From assembly GCA_045546075.1 (NCBI GenBank), contig JAZQCF010000004.1:104661-168660 (forward strand): a stretch of 64,000 nt of DNA, in the 5' to 3' direction. The notes under the pieces were generated by a model that saw only the letters and a program-made list of their open reading frames with translations, did no database searches and was not told the DNA's origin. Both the position numbers and the translations under genes were made by a program. Numbering within the stretch: the stretch's first letter is position 1; each line of letters starts with the position of its first letter. Below, piece after piece: positions 30,164 through 40,097 of the stretch. Source of the stretch: Candidatus Enterousia sp. (GTDB lineage: Bacteria; Pseudomonadota; Alphaproteobacteria; Rs-D84).

Positions 30164-30502
30164 ATGATTATAATTGCATTTGCACCAAAATCTTCCAAGG
30201 TTTTACCAAATTTGTTTTGTAAAAATTTTAAGCACTGCGCCGTTATTGTGCGCCGGAAAAATGGATTTATTATGTATCAATTTTCATCGCATAAAAATGT
30301 AACAGAATTATCACTGCGTATGCGCGACATACGATTATTGGGCGCGCACGGGTGGCGGTTTGTCTATGTGCCGACCGATATAGATTCAAATTTTAATCCG
30401 CGTGATGCGTGGACCTGTGTAGATATGACGAAACGCGCAATCGGTATGCGGGCACCATTTATTTGGTCACCCGATGCATTGTATAGAAAACTCTGTGAAT
30501 AA
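30164..30502 (+). CDS. Hypothetical protein, possible permuted papain-like (NlpC/P60) fold
   Basis: RBS AAGGGG; F.HC...TCV...SP..LY motif order His-then-Cys. Confidence 0.65.
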   Translation: MIIIAFAPKSSKVLPNLFCKNFKHCAVIVRRKNGFIMYQFSSHKNVTELSLRMRDIRLLGAHGWRFVYVPTDIDSNFNPRDAWTCVDMTKRAIGMRAPFIWSPDALYRKLCE

Positions 30503-30529
30503 AAATTCCCCACAAATGTGGGGAACTCT

Positions 30530-32119
30530 TTATTTATTGTTTAATTGCTTTTTTATTATGTATGTTTGGAATATGCCAAATACATTTGACACCGTCCAAT
30601 ACAGGACCAATCCCGCCGGCATCCACGCAAACATTACCGCAAATATAATCGGCATCCATTTCATTACACGACCCGTTGTTGCCAATGCATCGTTTTTGTT
30701 TGTGTTCTGGTTTGTGCGACCGGTCTGTAAATACTGTTGCAACCACATTGTCGCGCCCATCAAAATCGGCAATATAAAATATGGGTCCATTGCCGCCAAA
30801 TCGTGTATCCACAGGAAATGCGCATTTCGCATTTGAACCGATACCAATAACGCCTTGTACAACGCAAAGAAAATTGGAATTTGAATCAGCATCGGTAAGC
30901 ATCCCGACATCGGTGATGTCTTGTGCGTGCGATACAAATTCATCATTTCCATTTGAAGGCGCGCCTTGTCATTGGCATAGAGTTTTTGTATGCGCTGTAA
31001 TTCCGGCTGCATACGTTGCATCACGATTGATGACGCATAAGATTTGCGTGTCAATGGCCACATCAACAAACGCAACAATATCGTCAACAGAATTATCGCA
31101 ACGCCATAATTCATCACAAAAGAATTCAATATATTTAATAACCAGAGCATCGGCCGCGCCAAGAACCAGAACCATCCATAATCGATTGTTTCATCCAATC
31201 CGCCAATGGATGTCGCCGCCGCATCCAGGATACGCTGGTCCCGGGGACCGGCAAAAATTGTTGTTGTGAAAACACCGGTATCATGTGGCGCAACACGAAC
31301 CGCCGCCGCCGATGCATCTGCCATATATTTATCACCCACCGATTTCACGCGCATTGTTTGATCGGGCGATTCCATTTTTGCAACAGTTTCCCAATATTGG
31401 TCTGCGAAACCAACAAATCCATTTGTGGTGGAATATGCGTATGATTTTTTGGCCAATTTATTCCAATCAACATAACGCACGCGTGAATTGGTATTGGTTA
31501 TCGCGCCCGTTGATACACCCGCCGCGTTTGATTTGTCTGCGCGAATGATACGCACGTATGGTGCAAATGCAACCTCGTGCCCGGTTTTGTTTTCAATCGT
31601 ATCGGTTATGGTTATTAAATAATCATCGATTGTAATTGAACGCGTGAATACAACGCCGTCTGTATTGCGCCAACGCATTTGACCATTGTAATCTTGCCAA
31701 GACGTTGTCGCATCGGGGGCAGACGTGCCGGTCGCGGTCAGGCCAATTTCAATAAAATCACCGGGGTTGCGCAACAGTGTCACACGTTCCAAATCATCTG
31801 GACGTGGGGTTGCGGCAAAATCGGTCAATGCAATGTTTGATATGCGCAGTCCCTGAACATTTGCCGTAATTTTATTCGATTCAATTTCTTGTATCGCAAC
31901 ATTTGACACATCGGTTGCGATAATCGCGCTTTCTGCATCGGTTGGCACGGGGCGTTCCGCGGGACGCATCCACGCAGAAAACAACCACCAGGTTCCCATA
32001 AATATAATTGCCCACCACAGAAATCCGCCAAAGCGTGATTTTGGTTTCGTATTTGCGGTCGCGTTTTTATTCGCGTTCCACATATTAAATCCCGAATTAT
32101 TATCCAAATATTTTACCAT
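30530..32119 (-). CDS. yidC: Membrane protein insertase YidC
   Basis: FAGP, IDYGWFWFLA, NYGVAII, GCLPMLIQIPIFFALY, DPYFILP, LYWTVSN. Confidence 0.97.
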   Translation of the reverse strand: MVKYLDNNSGFNMWNANKNATANTKPKSRFGGFLWWAIIFMGTWWLFSAWMRPAERPVPTDAESAIIATDVSNVAIQEIESNKITANVQGLRISNIALTDFAATPRPDDLERVTLLRNPGDFIEIGLTATGTSAPDATTSWQDYNGQMRWRNTDGVVFTRSITIDDYLITITDTIENKTGHEVAFAPYVRIIRADKSNAAGVSTGAITNTNSRVRYVDWNKLAKKSYAYSTTNGFVGFADQYWETVAKMESPDQTMRVKSVGDKYMADASAAAVRVAPHDTGVFTTTIFAGPRDQRILDAAATSIGGLDETIDYGWFWFLARPMLWLLNILNSFVMNYGVAIILLTILLRLLMWPLTRKSYASSIVMQRMQPELQRIQKLYANDKARLQMEMMNLYRTHKTSPMSGCLPMLIQIPIFFALYKALLVSVQMRNAHFLWIHDLAAMDPYFILPILMGATMWLQQYLQTGRTNQNTNKNDALATTGRVMKWMPIIFAVMFAWMPAGLVLYWTVSNVFGIFQTYIIKKQLNNK

Positions 32120-32122
32120 TTA

Positions 32123-32653
32123 TTATCCCCTTACGTTATTCAAACACTTACGGCGCGCCAACCACCAATTCAAAATATACAAGCATACACCGATGGTAAT
32201 AAAGCTGTCTGCAATGTTAAATGCCGGCCAATGCGCACCACCGATATGAAAGTCTAGGAAATCGATGACTGCACCAAAACGGATTCTATCAACCAGATTT
32301 CCCAACGCACCACCAATAATTAAAATCAACGGTGCACGTTCATAACTTTTTGCGCCACGTGCCAGGTAATATATCAACAATGCAATAATTATCCCCGTTG
32401 CAATAATCATTACCCAGGGCGCACTGTCGCCCAGGCCACGAAACATTGAAAACGCGGTGCCCGGATTCCATGTGAAAACTATATTCAAGAAATTTGTTAC
32501 GCGCGCCATTAAATAAGGCACCGGTACAACCGTCCACGCCGGCCCGGCCACAAACGCCGAACCCGTGATTAAAAACAACAAAAAACACTTTGCAATTTGG
32601 TCAATTAAAATGATTCCAACAATGCCAGCAAACACACGTGATATTTTTTTCAT
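32123..32653 (-). CDS. lspA: Lipoprotein signal peptidase
   Basis: DQIAK, WNPGTAFS, GGALGNLVDR, VIDF, AFNIAD. Confidence 0.97.
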   Translation of the reverse strand: MKKISRVFAGIVGIILIDQIAKCFLLFLITGSAFVAGPAWTVVPVPYLMARVTNFLNIVFTWNPGTAFSMFRGLGDSAPWVMIIATGIIIALLIYYLARGAKSYERAPLILIIGGALGNLVDRIRFGAVIDFLDFHIGGAHWPAFNIADSFITIGVCLYILNWWLARRKCLNNVRG

Positions 32654-32752
32654 TTTCTTTCCTTTTGAATACCAAACATATATAGCAACATACGCATACA
32701 AAATCAAATATAAAAAATGCCCGCACGGGCATTTTTATAAGATACAATTTTT

Positions 32753-34462
32753 TTAATTGCAACGGTCTGTAATGGCGTTATCCAATTCTGCATAATTTTC
32801 ATTGCGCATTTCATCTAACATACCCGATATAACCGAATTTGACAACCCAAGTTGCCCAAGCACCCCGCGCGCCAACATCAAAGATGATTCTATTGTTTCG
32901 GGCCACGCCTCTTGCACACCTTCTTTTAACAATGCGCGCGTTTCGGTCAGGTTCCGCGCACGCGCAAACACCTTGACCCGTGGCGCAACACTGCGTGCAC
33001 TTAAAACCGCATTACGTGCAGTGTTCGCATTATCCAACGCGACAACAACGGCACGAACACGACGCGATGCCAGGCCGAAATCACGCAGAACGCTGGGGTT
33101 CGTACTGTCGCCATAGAATACGTTATAACCATTTTCACGACCCAACATAATTGAATTCACATCTAAATCCAATGCGACATATGGAATCTTGCGCGTACCC
33201 AAAACATACGCGATTATTTGACCGACACGACCGAAACCACAAATTATAACCTCTGGTTGGATGCCATTGCCCGAACCATTTAATTGACGCGTCCGCGCAC
33301 GCGCAAACCATTTGGTCGAACGCATAATGCGGTCGTGAATCGCCAACAAGAACGGTGTCGAAACCATAGACAATATAATTATCGCCGTCAAAATTTCTTG
33401 GTGCGCGGGCGGAACCGCAGATATACCACTGGTCTTCATTGTTTGGAACATCAGTAATGCGAATTCACCGCCCTGGCTTAACACCAATGCAATCAGGCGC
33501 GCATCGTGCACCGGTATATTGCGAACACGTGCAACCATAAACAATGCCATAAACTTAATTACCACCAATGCAACCATACCAAGCGCGACGATATACCAAT
33601 TCGTCATCAACACATCCAGATTTAATCCCATACCCAACGATATAAAGAACAGCGACAAGAACAACAATGCATACGGTCCAATTTCTGCACGAACCTGGTG
33701 ACTGTAAATTGTTTCCGACATCAACATACCCGCCAAGAACGCACCCAAACCAACCGGCAACCCCATCAAATCCATTATCACCGCCCACAATGCAATATTC
33801 AGCATAACAACCAACAAAAATGCCTCACGCGATTTTAATTTTGAAACGCGTTTCATCAATGGATTCAAAACGAAACGGCCAATTACCAACACACCAAAAA
33901 TCAATGTCACCGATGTAACAACAACATCAATTACCGTTGCACCAAAATTCAACGAACGCCCTGCAAATACCGGCAACATCGCAAGCAACGGAATTGAAAG
34001 CAAATCTTGGAACAACAAAATCGAAAACGTTTGATGTCCCATTGTTGTGTTTAATTGATTTCTGTCGGTTAATAATTGCAGGTCTTCCGATGTGCTGGAC
34101 ATCGCCAACAGCAATGATATTGTTATCACGCCCAATATTGACCAAGTTGTTATACCAACCAAAATTGGAAACAACATCACCGCAACCATTAAAACCTGGG
34201 CTGCACCAAAACCGAAAATCGTCCGCCGCATTTTCCACAGGCGTTTCATATTTATTTCCAAACCGATATTAAACCATAAAAATAAAATTCCTAAATCACC
34301 CAAAAATGTCCATGTAGAATTCACCTGAAATAAATCCAGAACAAATGGTCCCGAAATAATACCCGCCAACAAAAATGCAACTATCGCGCCAACACGCAGT
34401 GTGCGCAGCAAAAACACCAAAACAAACAACGTCGCAAAAAATATTAAAACAGATAAAGACAT
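32753..34462 (-). CDS. CPA2 cation/proton antiporter with TrkA-N domain (KefB/KefC-like)
   Basis: Multi-TM N-terminus (LLFQDL, GAFLAG, QGGEFA), GFGRVG Rossmann motif, YGD. Confidence 0.92.
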   Translation of the reverse strand: MSLSVLIFFATLFVLVFLLRTLRVGAIVAFLLAGIISGPFVLDLFQVNSTWTFLGDLGILFLWFNIGLEINMKRLWKMRRTIFGFGAAQVLMVAVMLFPILVGITTWSILGVITISLLLAMSSTSEDLQLLTDRNQLNTTMGHQTFSILLFQDLLSIPLLAMLPVFAGRSLNFGATVIDVVVTSVTLIFGVLVIGRFVLNPLMKRVSKLKSREAFLLVVMLNIALWAVIMDLMGLPVGLGAFLAGMLMSETIYSHQVRAEIGPYALLFLSLFFISLGMGLNLDVLMTNWYIVALGMVALVVIKFMALFMVARVRNIPVHDARLIALVLSQGGEFALLMFQTMKTSGISAVPPAHQEILTAIIILSMVSTPFLLAIHDRIMRSTKWFARARTRQLNGSGNGIQPEVIICGFGRVGQIIAYVLGTRKIPYVALDLDVNSIMLGRENGYNVFYGDSTNPSVLRDFGLASRRVRAVVVALDNANTARNAVLSARSVAPRVKVFARARNLTETRALLKEGVQEAWPETIESSLMLARGVLGQLGLSNSVISGMLDEMRNENYAELDNAITDRCN

Positions 34463-34512
34463 CTCTCTCCCCTAAAATAACTCAATGGCATTATAGCAAA
34501 AAAATGCGGCAC

Positions 34513-35340
34513 CTATGCAACCAGTTTTTTTGCAATTTCTAAAAATTTTTCTGGTTTCAGTTCTTCGGCGCGCTCGGTCCCGGTCAATTCGAACACAGAC
34601 CAATCAACATCACGCATTATTCCGCGTATCATTTTACGCCGATTTCCAAACAGCCGCGCCGTTAAATTTTCAACCGCATTTATGTTGCCGATATTTTTTA
34701 TTTTTTCCGCGTTTGGAATAATTTGCACAACCGCACTTTCAACACGCGGTCGCGGGACAAACGCGGTACTTGGTACGCCAAACAAAATTTTCGCATCCGC
34801 AACCAAAGACGTTAAAACCGCCAATCGTCCGTATTGCTCATCACCGGCGTGCGCAACAATTCGCATGGCCACTTCGCGCTGAAACATCAAAGTAAGGGAT
34901 TTTATTGGCACGCCATTTGCAATATCAATCAACCAACGCACCAATAATTCTGTGCCGACATTATACGGTAAATTCGCACAGATTGAAAACGCGCCACCCG
35001 CAATTTTTTTTATATCCGTGCGCAATGCGTCATCATAAATCACATCCAATCGTCCATTTGCCGCCGCAACAATTTGCGACAAAATTGGTTCGGTTGTTTT
35101 GTCTTTTTCAATCGCGACAACGCGATGCGCGCCCGCCAACAATAATGCACGTGTCAGTCCGCCTGGCCCAGGTCCAACCTCTATTACTGTGGAATTTTCT
35201 ATATCGGGAACACTGCGTGCGATGCGTCCCGTTAAATTCAAATCGAACAAGAAATTTTGACCAAATTGTTTTTTCGGTTCCAATCCAGATTCCCGCATCA
35301 TTTCGGCAACCGGTGGCAAAGATTTTATTTTTTCCATCAT
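34513..35340 (-). CDS. rsmA: 16S rRNA dimethyladenosine transferase
   Basis: GQNFL, EVGPGPGGLT, ANLPYN, MFQREVA, YGRL. Confidence 0.97.
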   Translation of the reverse strand: MMEKIKSLPPVAEMMRESGLEPKKQFGQNFLFDLNLTGRIARSVPDIENSTVIEVGPGPGGLTRALLLAGAHRVVAIEKDKTTEPILSQIVAAANGRLDVIYDDALRTDIKKIAGGAFSICANLPYNVGTELLVRWLIDIANGVPIKSLTLMFQREVAMRIVAHAGDEQYGRLAVLTSLVADAKILFGVPSTAFVPRPRVESAVVQIIPNAEKIKNIGNINAVENLTARLFGNRRKMIRGIMRDVDWSVFELTGTERAEELKPEKFLEIAKKLVA

Positions 35341-35933
35341 ATTGCGCGCCGCCCCCCAAACGCCAATGACAATGTGCCATCGTCTATGTAATCTAAATCG
35401 CCCCCCAACGGCACACCAGATGCCAATTCTGTGAAACGCACATTTGTATTACCCAATGTGGAAATAATATATTGTTGGGTCGTTTTGCCTTCGACAGTAT
35501 TCGGCAATGCGAAAATTATTTCGGTAATTTTTTCATCCGCAATACGCGTGGCCAAATTATTCAAATTCAAATCGTCCGGCGTCACACCCGCCACACCCGA
35601 CAACATTCCGCCCAAGATATGATACCGACCGGAAAACACACCCGATTTTTCCAACGTCCAAACATCCGCCAAATCACGCACAATACACAGCATTCCATTT
35701 GCGCGCGCCGCATCACGACAATACTCACATTTTTCCATCGTCCGGTCGGTCAGCACACCACACACGGGACACGGGCATACATTTTCATTTGCATCGACCA
35801 ACGCATCTATCAATTTATCTATGCGTCCGGTTTTATCTTGCAACAGTCCCAACACTATACGTCGCGCCGCGCGATTTCCAACACGTGGCAACTTGGCAAA
35901 TTGTTTAATAAGTTTTTCTATTTTTGGATTCAT
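35337..35933 (-). CDS. recR: Recombination protein RecR
   Basis: HhH LP.VG..AA.R, C4 zinc finger, Toprim YHILGG, GVPLGGDLDYID. Confidence 0.95.
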   Translation of the reverse strand: MNPKIEKLIKQFAKLPRVGNRAARRIVLGLLQDKTGRIDKLIDALVDANENVCPCPVCGVLTDRTMEKCEYCRDAARANGMLCIVRDLADVWTLEKSGVFSGRYHILGGMLSGVAGVTPDDLNLNNLATRIADEKITEIIFALPNTVEGKTTQQYIISTLGNTNVRFTELASGVPLGGDLDYIDDGTLSLAFGGRRAI

Positions 35934-35951
35934 TTGTACACATCATATCAA

Positions 35952-37082
35952 TCAATGAAACACATAGCAATCAATTCCTGAGGCCGCCGCACGGTTACGT
36001 AAATTCTGGGCCACGTCTTCGGTCATACCCGCCACACGCACACGGTACAACCCCGTGCCGGTTGGTTCAATATATCCATTTACACCAAATGTATTTTGAA
36101 TTCGTGCCAACATAGAATTCGCCGCATCGTTTGATGAAAACGCACCAAATTGAACACCAACACCACCGTGCGATGCCACACGCGGTGCATCGGTTGCATA
36201 TTTTTGAACAATCGGCGATGTCACAGGTGCAGGCGTTGCCGTAACGGTTTGCACAGGTTTTTGTTTTACAACCGATTGCGCGCCACTACGCAATATTTCA
36301 AAGCCGCGATTCAGCATACGCGTTGAAACATCGGCGCGAATATCTTTGTTTTCTGCACCCAACACAACCGATATTAACCGATGCCCGTTCTGGGTCGCCG
36401 TTGCAACAAGCGAATATTTCGATTTATTTGTATACCCAGTCTTCATACCGTCGCATCCCGGATATGTTCCAAGCAAACGATTTCCGTTCGTATATGTTTT
36501 TCCGTTATATGTCCAATTTTTTATTCCAAAATATTTCCAATACGCCGGGAAATGCTTATACACCGCCATAGACAGCAACGCAATATCGCGCGCAGTTGAT
36601 AATTGGTCATCATCCGGCAGTCCCGAAGAATTTTCAAAATTCGTCCGCGACAGACCGATTTCCCGCGCAACCCGCGTCATAAGTGATGCAAATGTGCCCT
36701 CTTTTCCACCCTTCAGGTTTTCCGCCAGTACGCGTGCAACATCGTTCGCACTGTGCACCGCCAGGGCGATTATCGCATCTTCGACACGAATCTTTGACCC
36801 GGCGGCCAGGCCCAATTTTACCGGCGCGGCGGCGGCCGCGGCATTTGAAACAATCAAATAATCATCCAAATGTAAACGCCCGTGTTCCAACGCATCGAAC
36901 GTCAAATACAGTGTCATTATTTTGGTCAGCGAAGCCGGATAATTTGCATCGTTCGCGTTTTCTGCGATTAATACACGCCCGGTATCCATATCGGCAACCA
37001 ATGCCGCACGATAATTCGCCGCGTGCGCGATTGCGCATAAAAACATTAACGGCAAAGCAAATAAAAATATTCTCTTTCTCAT
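35952..37082 (-). CDS. D-alanyl-D-alanine carboxypeptidase (S11) with C-terminal SPOR domain
   Basis: PASLTK, SAND, KTGY motifs; VQFGAFSS...YRVRV SPOR. Confidence 0.93.
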   Translation of the reverse strand: MRKRIFLFALPLMFLCAIAHAANYRAALVADMDTGRVLIAENANDANYPASLTKIMTLYLTFDALEHGRLHLDDYLIVSNAAAAAAPVKLGLAAGSKIRVEDAIIALAVHSANDVARVLAENLKGGKEGTFASLMTRVAREIGLSRTNFENSSGLPDDDQLSTARDIALLSMAVYKHFPAYWKYFGIKNWTYNGKTYTNGNRLLGTYPGCDGMKTGYTNKSKYSLVATATQNGHRLISVVLGAENKDIRADVSTRMLNRGFEILRSGAQSVVKQKPVQTVTATPAPVTSPIVQKYATDAPRVASHGGVGVQFGAFSSNDAANSMLARIQNTFGVNGYIEPTGTGLYRVRVAGMTEDVAQNLRNRAAASGIDCYVFH

Positions 37083-37126
37083 AAGATTTATGTTAGTAAA
37101 AAATCGCAACGTCGGTCAACAAGAAA

Positions 37127-37181
37127 TTAGTGGTTCCGTCTGCGCACACTTCGTGTGCTCCGTCGCGACAAGGGTTAGTGG
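37127..37181. repeat. Hairpin insert flanked by direct TTAGTGG heptamers
   Basis: TTAGTGG-ttccgtc..GCACAC-ttc-GTGTGC..gcgacaaggg-TTAGTGG. Confidence 0.7.
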
Positions 37182-37190
37182 GGGGCGAAA

Positions 37191-38993
37191 TTATTTTTCA
37201 TCTGTTTCTTCCTGTAAGAATCCACCGGATTGCATTTTCCATAAACGCGCGTATTCGCCACGTCGCCGCAAAAGCCCCTTATGCGTTCCAGATTCTATAA
37301 TTTTCCCATTATTCAATACAACAATGCGGTCCATGTTTCGCAGTGTCGAAAGGCGGTGTGCAATCGCGATTGTTGTGCGATTATGTGACAGTTTTTCAAA
37401 TGATTTTTGAATTGCAACCTCGGTTTCACTGTCCAGGGCAGATGTGGCCTCGTCCAGGATAAGGATTGGCGCGTCTTTCAAAAACGCACGCGCAATCGCA
37501 ACGCGTTGACGTTGACCGCCGGACATTTTTATTCCGCGGTCACCAACCAAGGTATCATATTTTTTATCGGTCGACATAATGAATTTATCCGCCGATGCGA
37601 AACGCGCAGCACGTTTGATTTCCGCATCACTTGCGTCGGGCCGGCCATAGGCGATGTTATCACGAATTGTGCGATTAAACATTGCCGGGTCTTGCGGAAT
37701 AAATGAAATGTTTTCACGCAAAGAATTTTGTGTCACATCGCGAATATCAACACCATCAACCAAAATTGCACCGTGTTTTACATCGTAAAAACGCATCAGC
37801 AAATTTACCAATGTTGTTTTACCCGCGCCCGATGGGCCAACGATTCCAACGCGTTCACCCGGTTTGATTGTTAAATTCAAATCATGCAAGATATATTTGT
37901 TTTTATATTTGAACGAAACATTTTTAATTTCTATCTTGCCGTGTTTTACATTTAATGTTGTGGCATTTGGTTTATCAACAACCTCTAACGGCACCGATAA
38001 TTCTTTATACCCTTTGGCGGCCGAAGACATACCGTCGATTATTGTTGGGATTTCGTTTATCAAATTACTTATCATACCCATAACATTATAATACACCGCC
38101 ATACTGTAAACTATATCAGACAATTTCATCATACCGCGGGAATACATATACGCACAGAATATCAATGTCGCACCAAACATCATATCCCAAAAATATGCCG
38201 GCACCGCCCACGACAAACGTTGCCAAAAAGATGCCATACGTCGTGCATTTACATGTTCGGCACGGGGCTTTTCCAAATAATCGTGTTCACGCGATTCACC
38301 GGCAAACAAACGCACCGCCATATTATTTGAAAAACCATCAAGTATTTTGCCGGACAAAGACGAACCGGTGCTGGCCCTGTGTTCCGCCGATTTTTTAATT
38401 TTCTTGCGCAGGCCGAAAACAAAGGCTGCACGCAAAATAAACATACCTATAAATGTCAACGCGATATACCGATTTACCGTGAACAACAATGTTGAGTTTA
38501 ATGCAATCATCACCAACCGCAAAACCATAGACCACACATTGTTTATAAGTGTTTCGGCACCATCATTACAATATCTTATATTCGCACTGATAGACCCCGC
38601 CATACGATTTACCCAAAACGACATAGATTGCAAATGCACATAATCGGTCAAGACCTGGGAAATTTTACGATTCAAATATGGCCTTAACACAGAACTAATA
38701 TGATCGCGTATGATTGCGATTGTTGAATATCCCATATTGATACCAACCAACAGTAAAATTGTCGGCATTACATATGCGTATATTGCGGAACCAAGTGGCG
38801 CACCTTCGAACATGGCAACAATCCAACGTTCGACATATGGAAACACAACCGAACCAGAATATTCAAACAGCCGAAAGACCATAAATAAAACAATCCATTT
38901 ATACAAACCCGGGAAACATTTCTTGAAATAAAATTTCAACAAAGTTTTTGGCATATATGACGTACTTGCATAGTTTGATTGTTTCATAACCAC
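37191..38993 (-). CDS. ABC exporter, fused permease/ATPase
   Basis: TM N-terminus; GPSGAGKT, MSGGQRQR, ILDEATSALD, AHRLST. Confidence 0.95.
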   Translation of the reverse strand: MVMKQSNYASTSYMPKTLLKFYFKKCFPGLYKWIVLFMVFRLFEYSGSVVFPYVERWIVAMFEGAPLGSAIYAYVMPTILLLVGINMGYSTIAIIRDHISSVLRPYLNRKISQVLTDYVHLQSMSFWVNRMAGSISANIRYCNDGAETLINNVWSMVLRLVMIALNSTLLFTVNRYIALTFIGMFILRAAFVFGLRKKIKKSAEHRASTGSSLSGKILDGFSNNMAVRLFAGESREHDYLEKPRAEHVNARRMASFWQRLSWAVPAYFWDMMFGATLIFCAYMYSRGMMKLSDIVYSMAVYYNVMGMISNLINEIPTIIDGMSSAAKGYKELSVPLEVVDKPNATTLNVKHGKIEIKNVSFKYKNKYILHDLNLTIKPGERVGIVGPSGAGKTTLVNLLMRFYDVKHGAILVDGVDIRDVTQNSLRENISFIPQDPAMFNRTIRDNIAYGRPDASDAEIKRAARFASADKFIMSTDKKYDTLVGDRGIKMSGGQRQRVAIARAFLKDAPILILDEATSALDSETEVAIQKSFEKLSHNRTTIAIAHRLSTLRNMDRIVVLNNGKIIESGTHKGLLRRRGEYARLWKMQSGGFLQEETDEK

Positions 38994-39072
38994 ATTCCCC
39001 TAAAAAAAATTCAAAGAATAAATACCGCATATCGGTTGCAAAGGCAAGAATATTTTTTATAATGAACGCGTA

Positions 39073-39612
39073 ATGAACGTGAAAATTGAAAGTTTTTCTT
39101 TGCGACACTTTATTCCGCAATTCCGCGAATTTAATTCCGCGGTCAAACAAAATCGTGCGCGATTGGAACCGCACTTTTGGTGGTCACGCAACAATGATGC
39201 GGTGCGATTCAAACTTGTTTTATGTGGCCTGGTGGCCGAAAAAATCGCACAAGCATTTCACGATTTGCCATATAACAAAAAATTTATTATTCGTAATAAC
39301 GATAAATTCGCCGGCGTGATTGGATTGGATGGAGTGTGCAAAAATGCCGACCGCGCAGACCTGTGGATTTTTGTAACACGCGAATATGCGGGTCAAAATA
39401 TCGCATCACGTGCAATTAAATTGGTTGAAGAATATGCCGCACAACAATCTATTAAAAAAATCTGTGCACGGGTATCATATGGAAATTGGCCGTCACGCGG
39501 AATGTTGCAAAAAAATGACTATGGAATATATAAAACGCACCTGAATCATTGGCGCGGGGTTGTTGAACAGTTTTGGTGTAAAAGATTGCCGATAAAAAAT
39601 ATTGAAAAATAA
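39073..39612 (+). CDS. GNAT (RimJ/RimL-like) N-acetyltransferase
   Basis: FAGVIGL, YAGQNIAS acetyl-CoA motif, N.PS..ML.K..Y. Confidence 0.8.
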   Translation: MNVKIESFSLRHFIPQFREFNSAVKQNRARLEPHFWWSRNNDAVRFKLVLCGLVAEKIAQAFHDLPYNKKFIIRNNDKFAGVIGLDGVCKNADRADLWIFVTREYAGQNIASRAIKLVEEYAAQQSIKKICARVSYGNWPSRGMLQKNDYGIYKTHLNHWRGVVEQFWCKRLPIKNIEK

Positions 39613-39701
39613 AATTAAACCGTTAAAATGCAACTGTTCGCTGGTCCCATCGTTCCGGCCTGCGCCAGAATGACAAAGCGACAATGGGACCATACTTCGC
39701 T

Positions 39702-39776
39702 GGTCCCATCGTCTAGCGGTTAGGACATCGGATTCTCATTCCGGTAACATGGGTTCGATTCCCATTGGGACTGCCA
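39702..39776 (+). tRNA. tRNA-Glu(CTC)
   Basis: GGTCCCA/TGGGACT acceptor, TCGGA-TT CTC AT-TCCGG anticodon arm, GGTTCGATTCC, encoded CCA. Confidence 0.96.
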
Positions 39777-40097
39777 TAAAAATTAAATTCGGTTTTAACC
39801 GAATTTTATTTTTATCTGGTTAGTCCGAGAATCGAACACATGAAACATGGGATTCGAACCGCCGCAAAAAGGCAGACGGAAGTATGCCGGTCACCCGAAG
39901 TTTTAACGAAGGGTGATTTTGCAAGGTGGCGAAGCATTCCCATTGGGACTGCCATCCGCTTTCGCTTACGCTACAACGAGATTGGTTTTGCAGAAAACAA
40001 GCCTTTCCACCATCAACATAACATTTCGAGATAATTAGCCTTAAAAACATCCCCATTATGTCAATTTTCGAACTCTTTAAGAAAAACGATTGGATTT

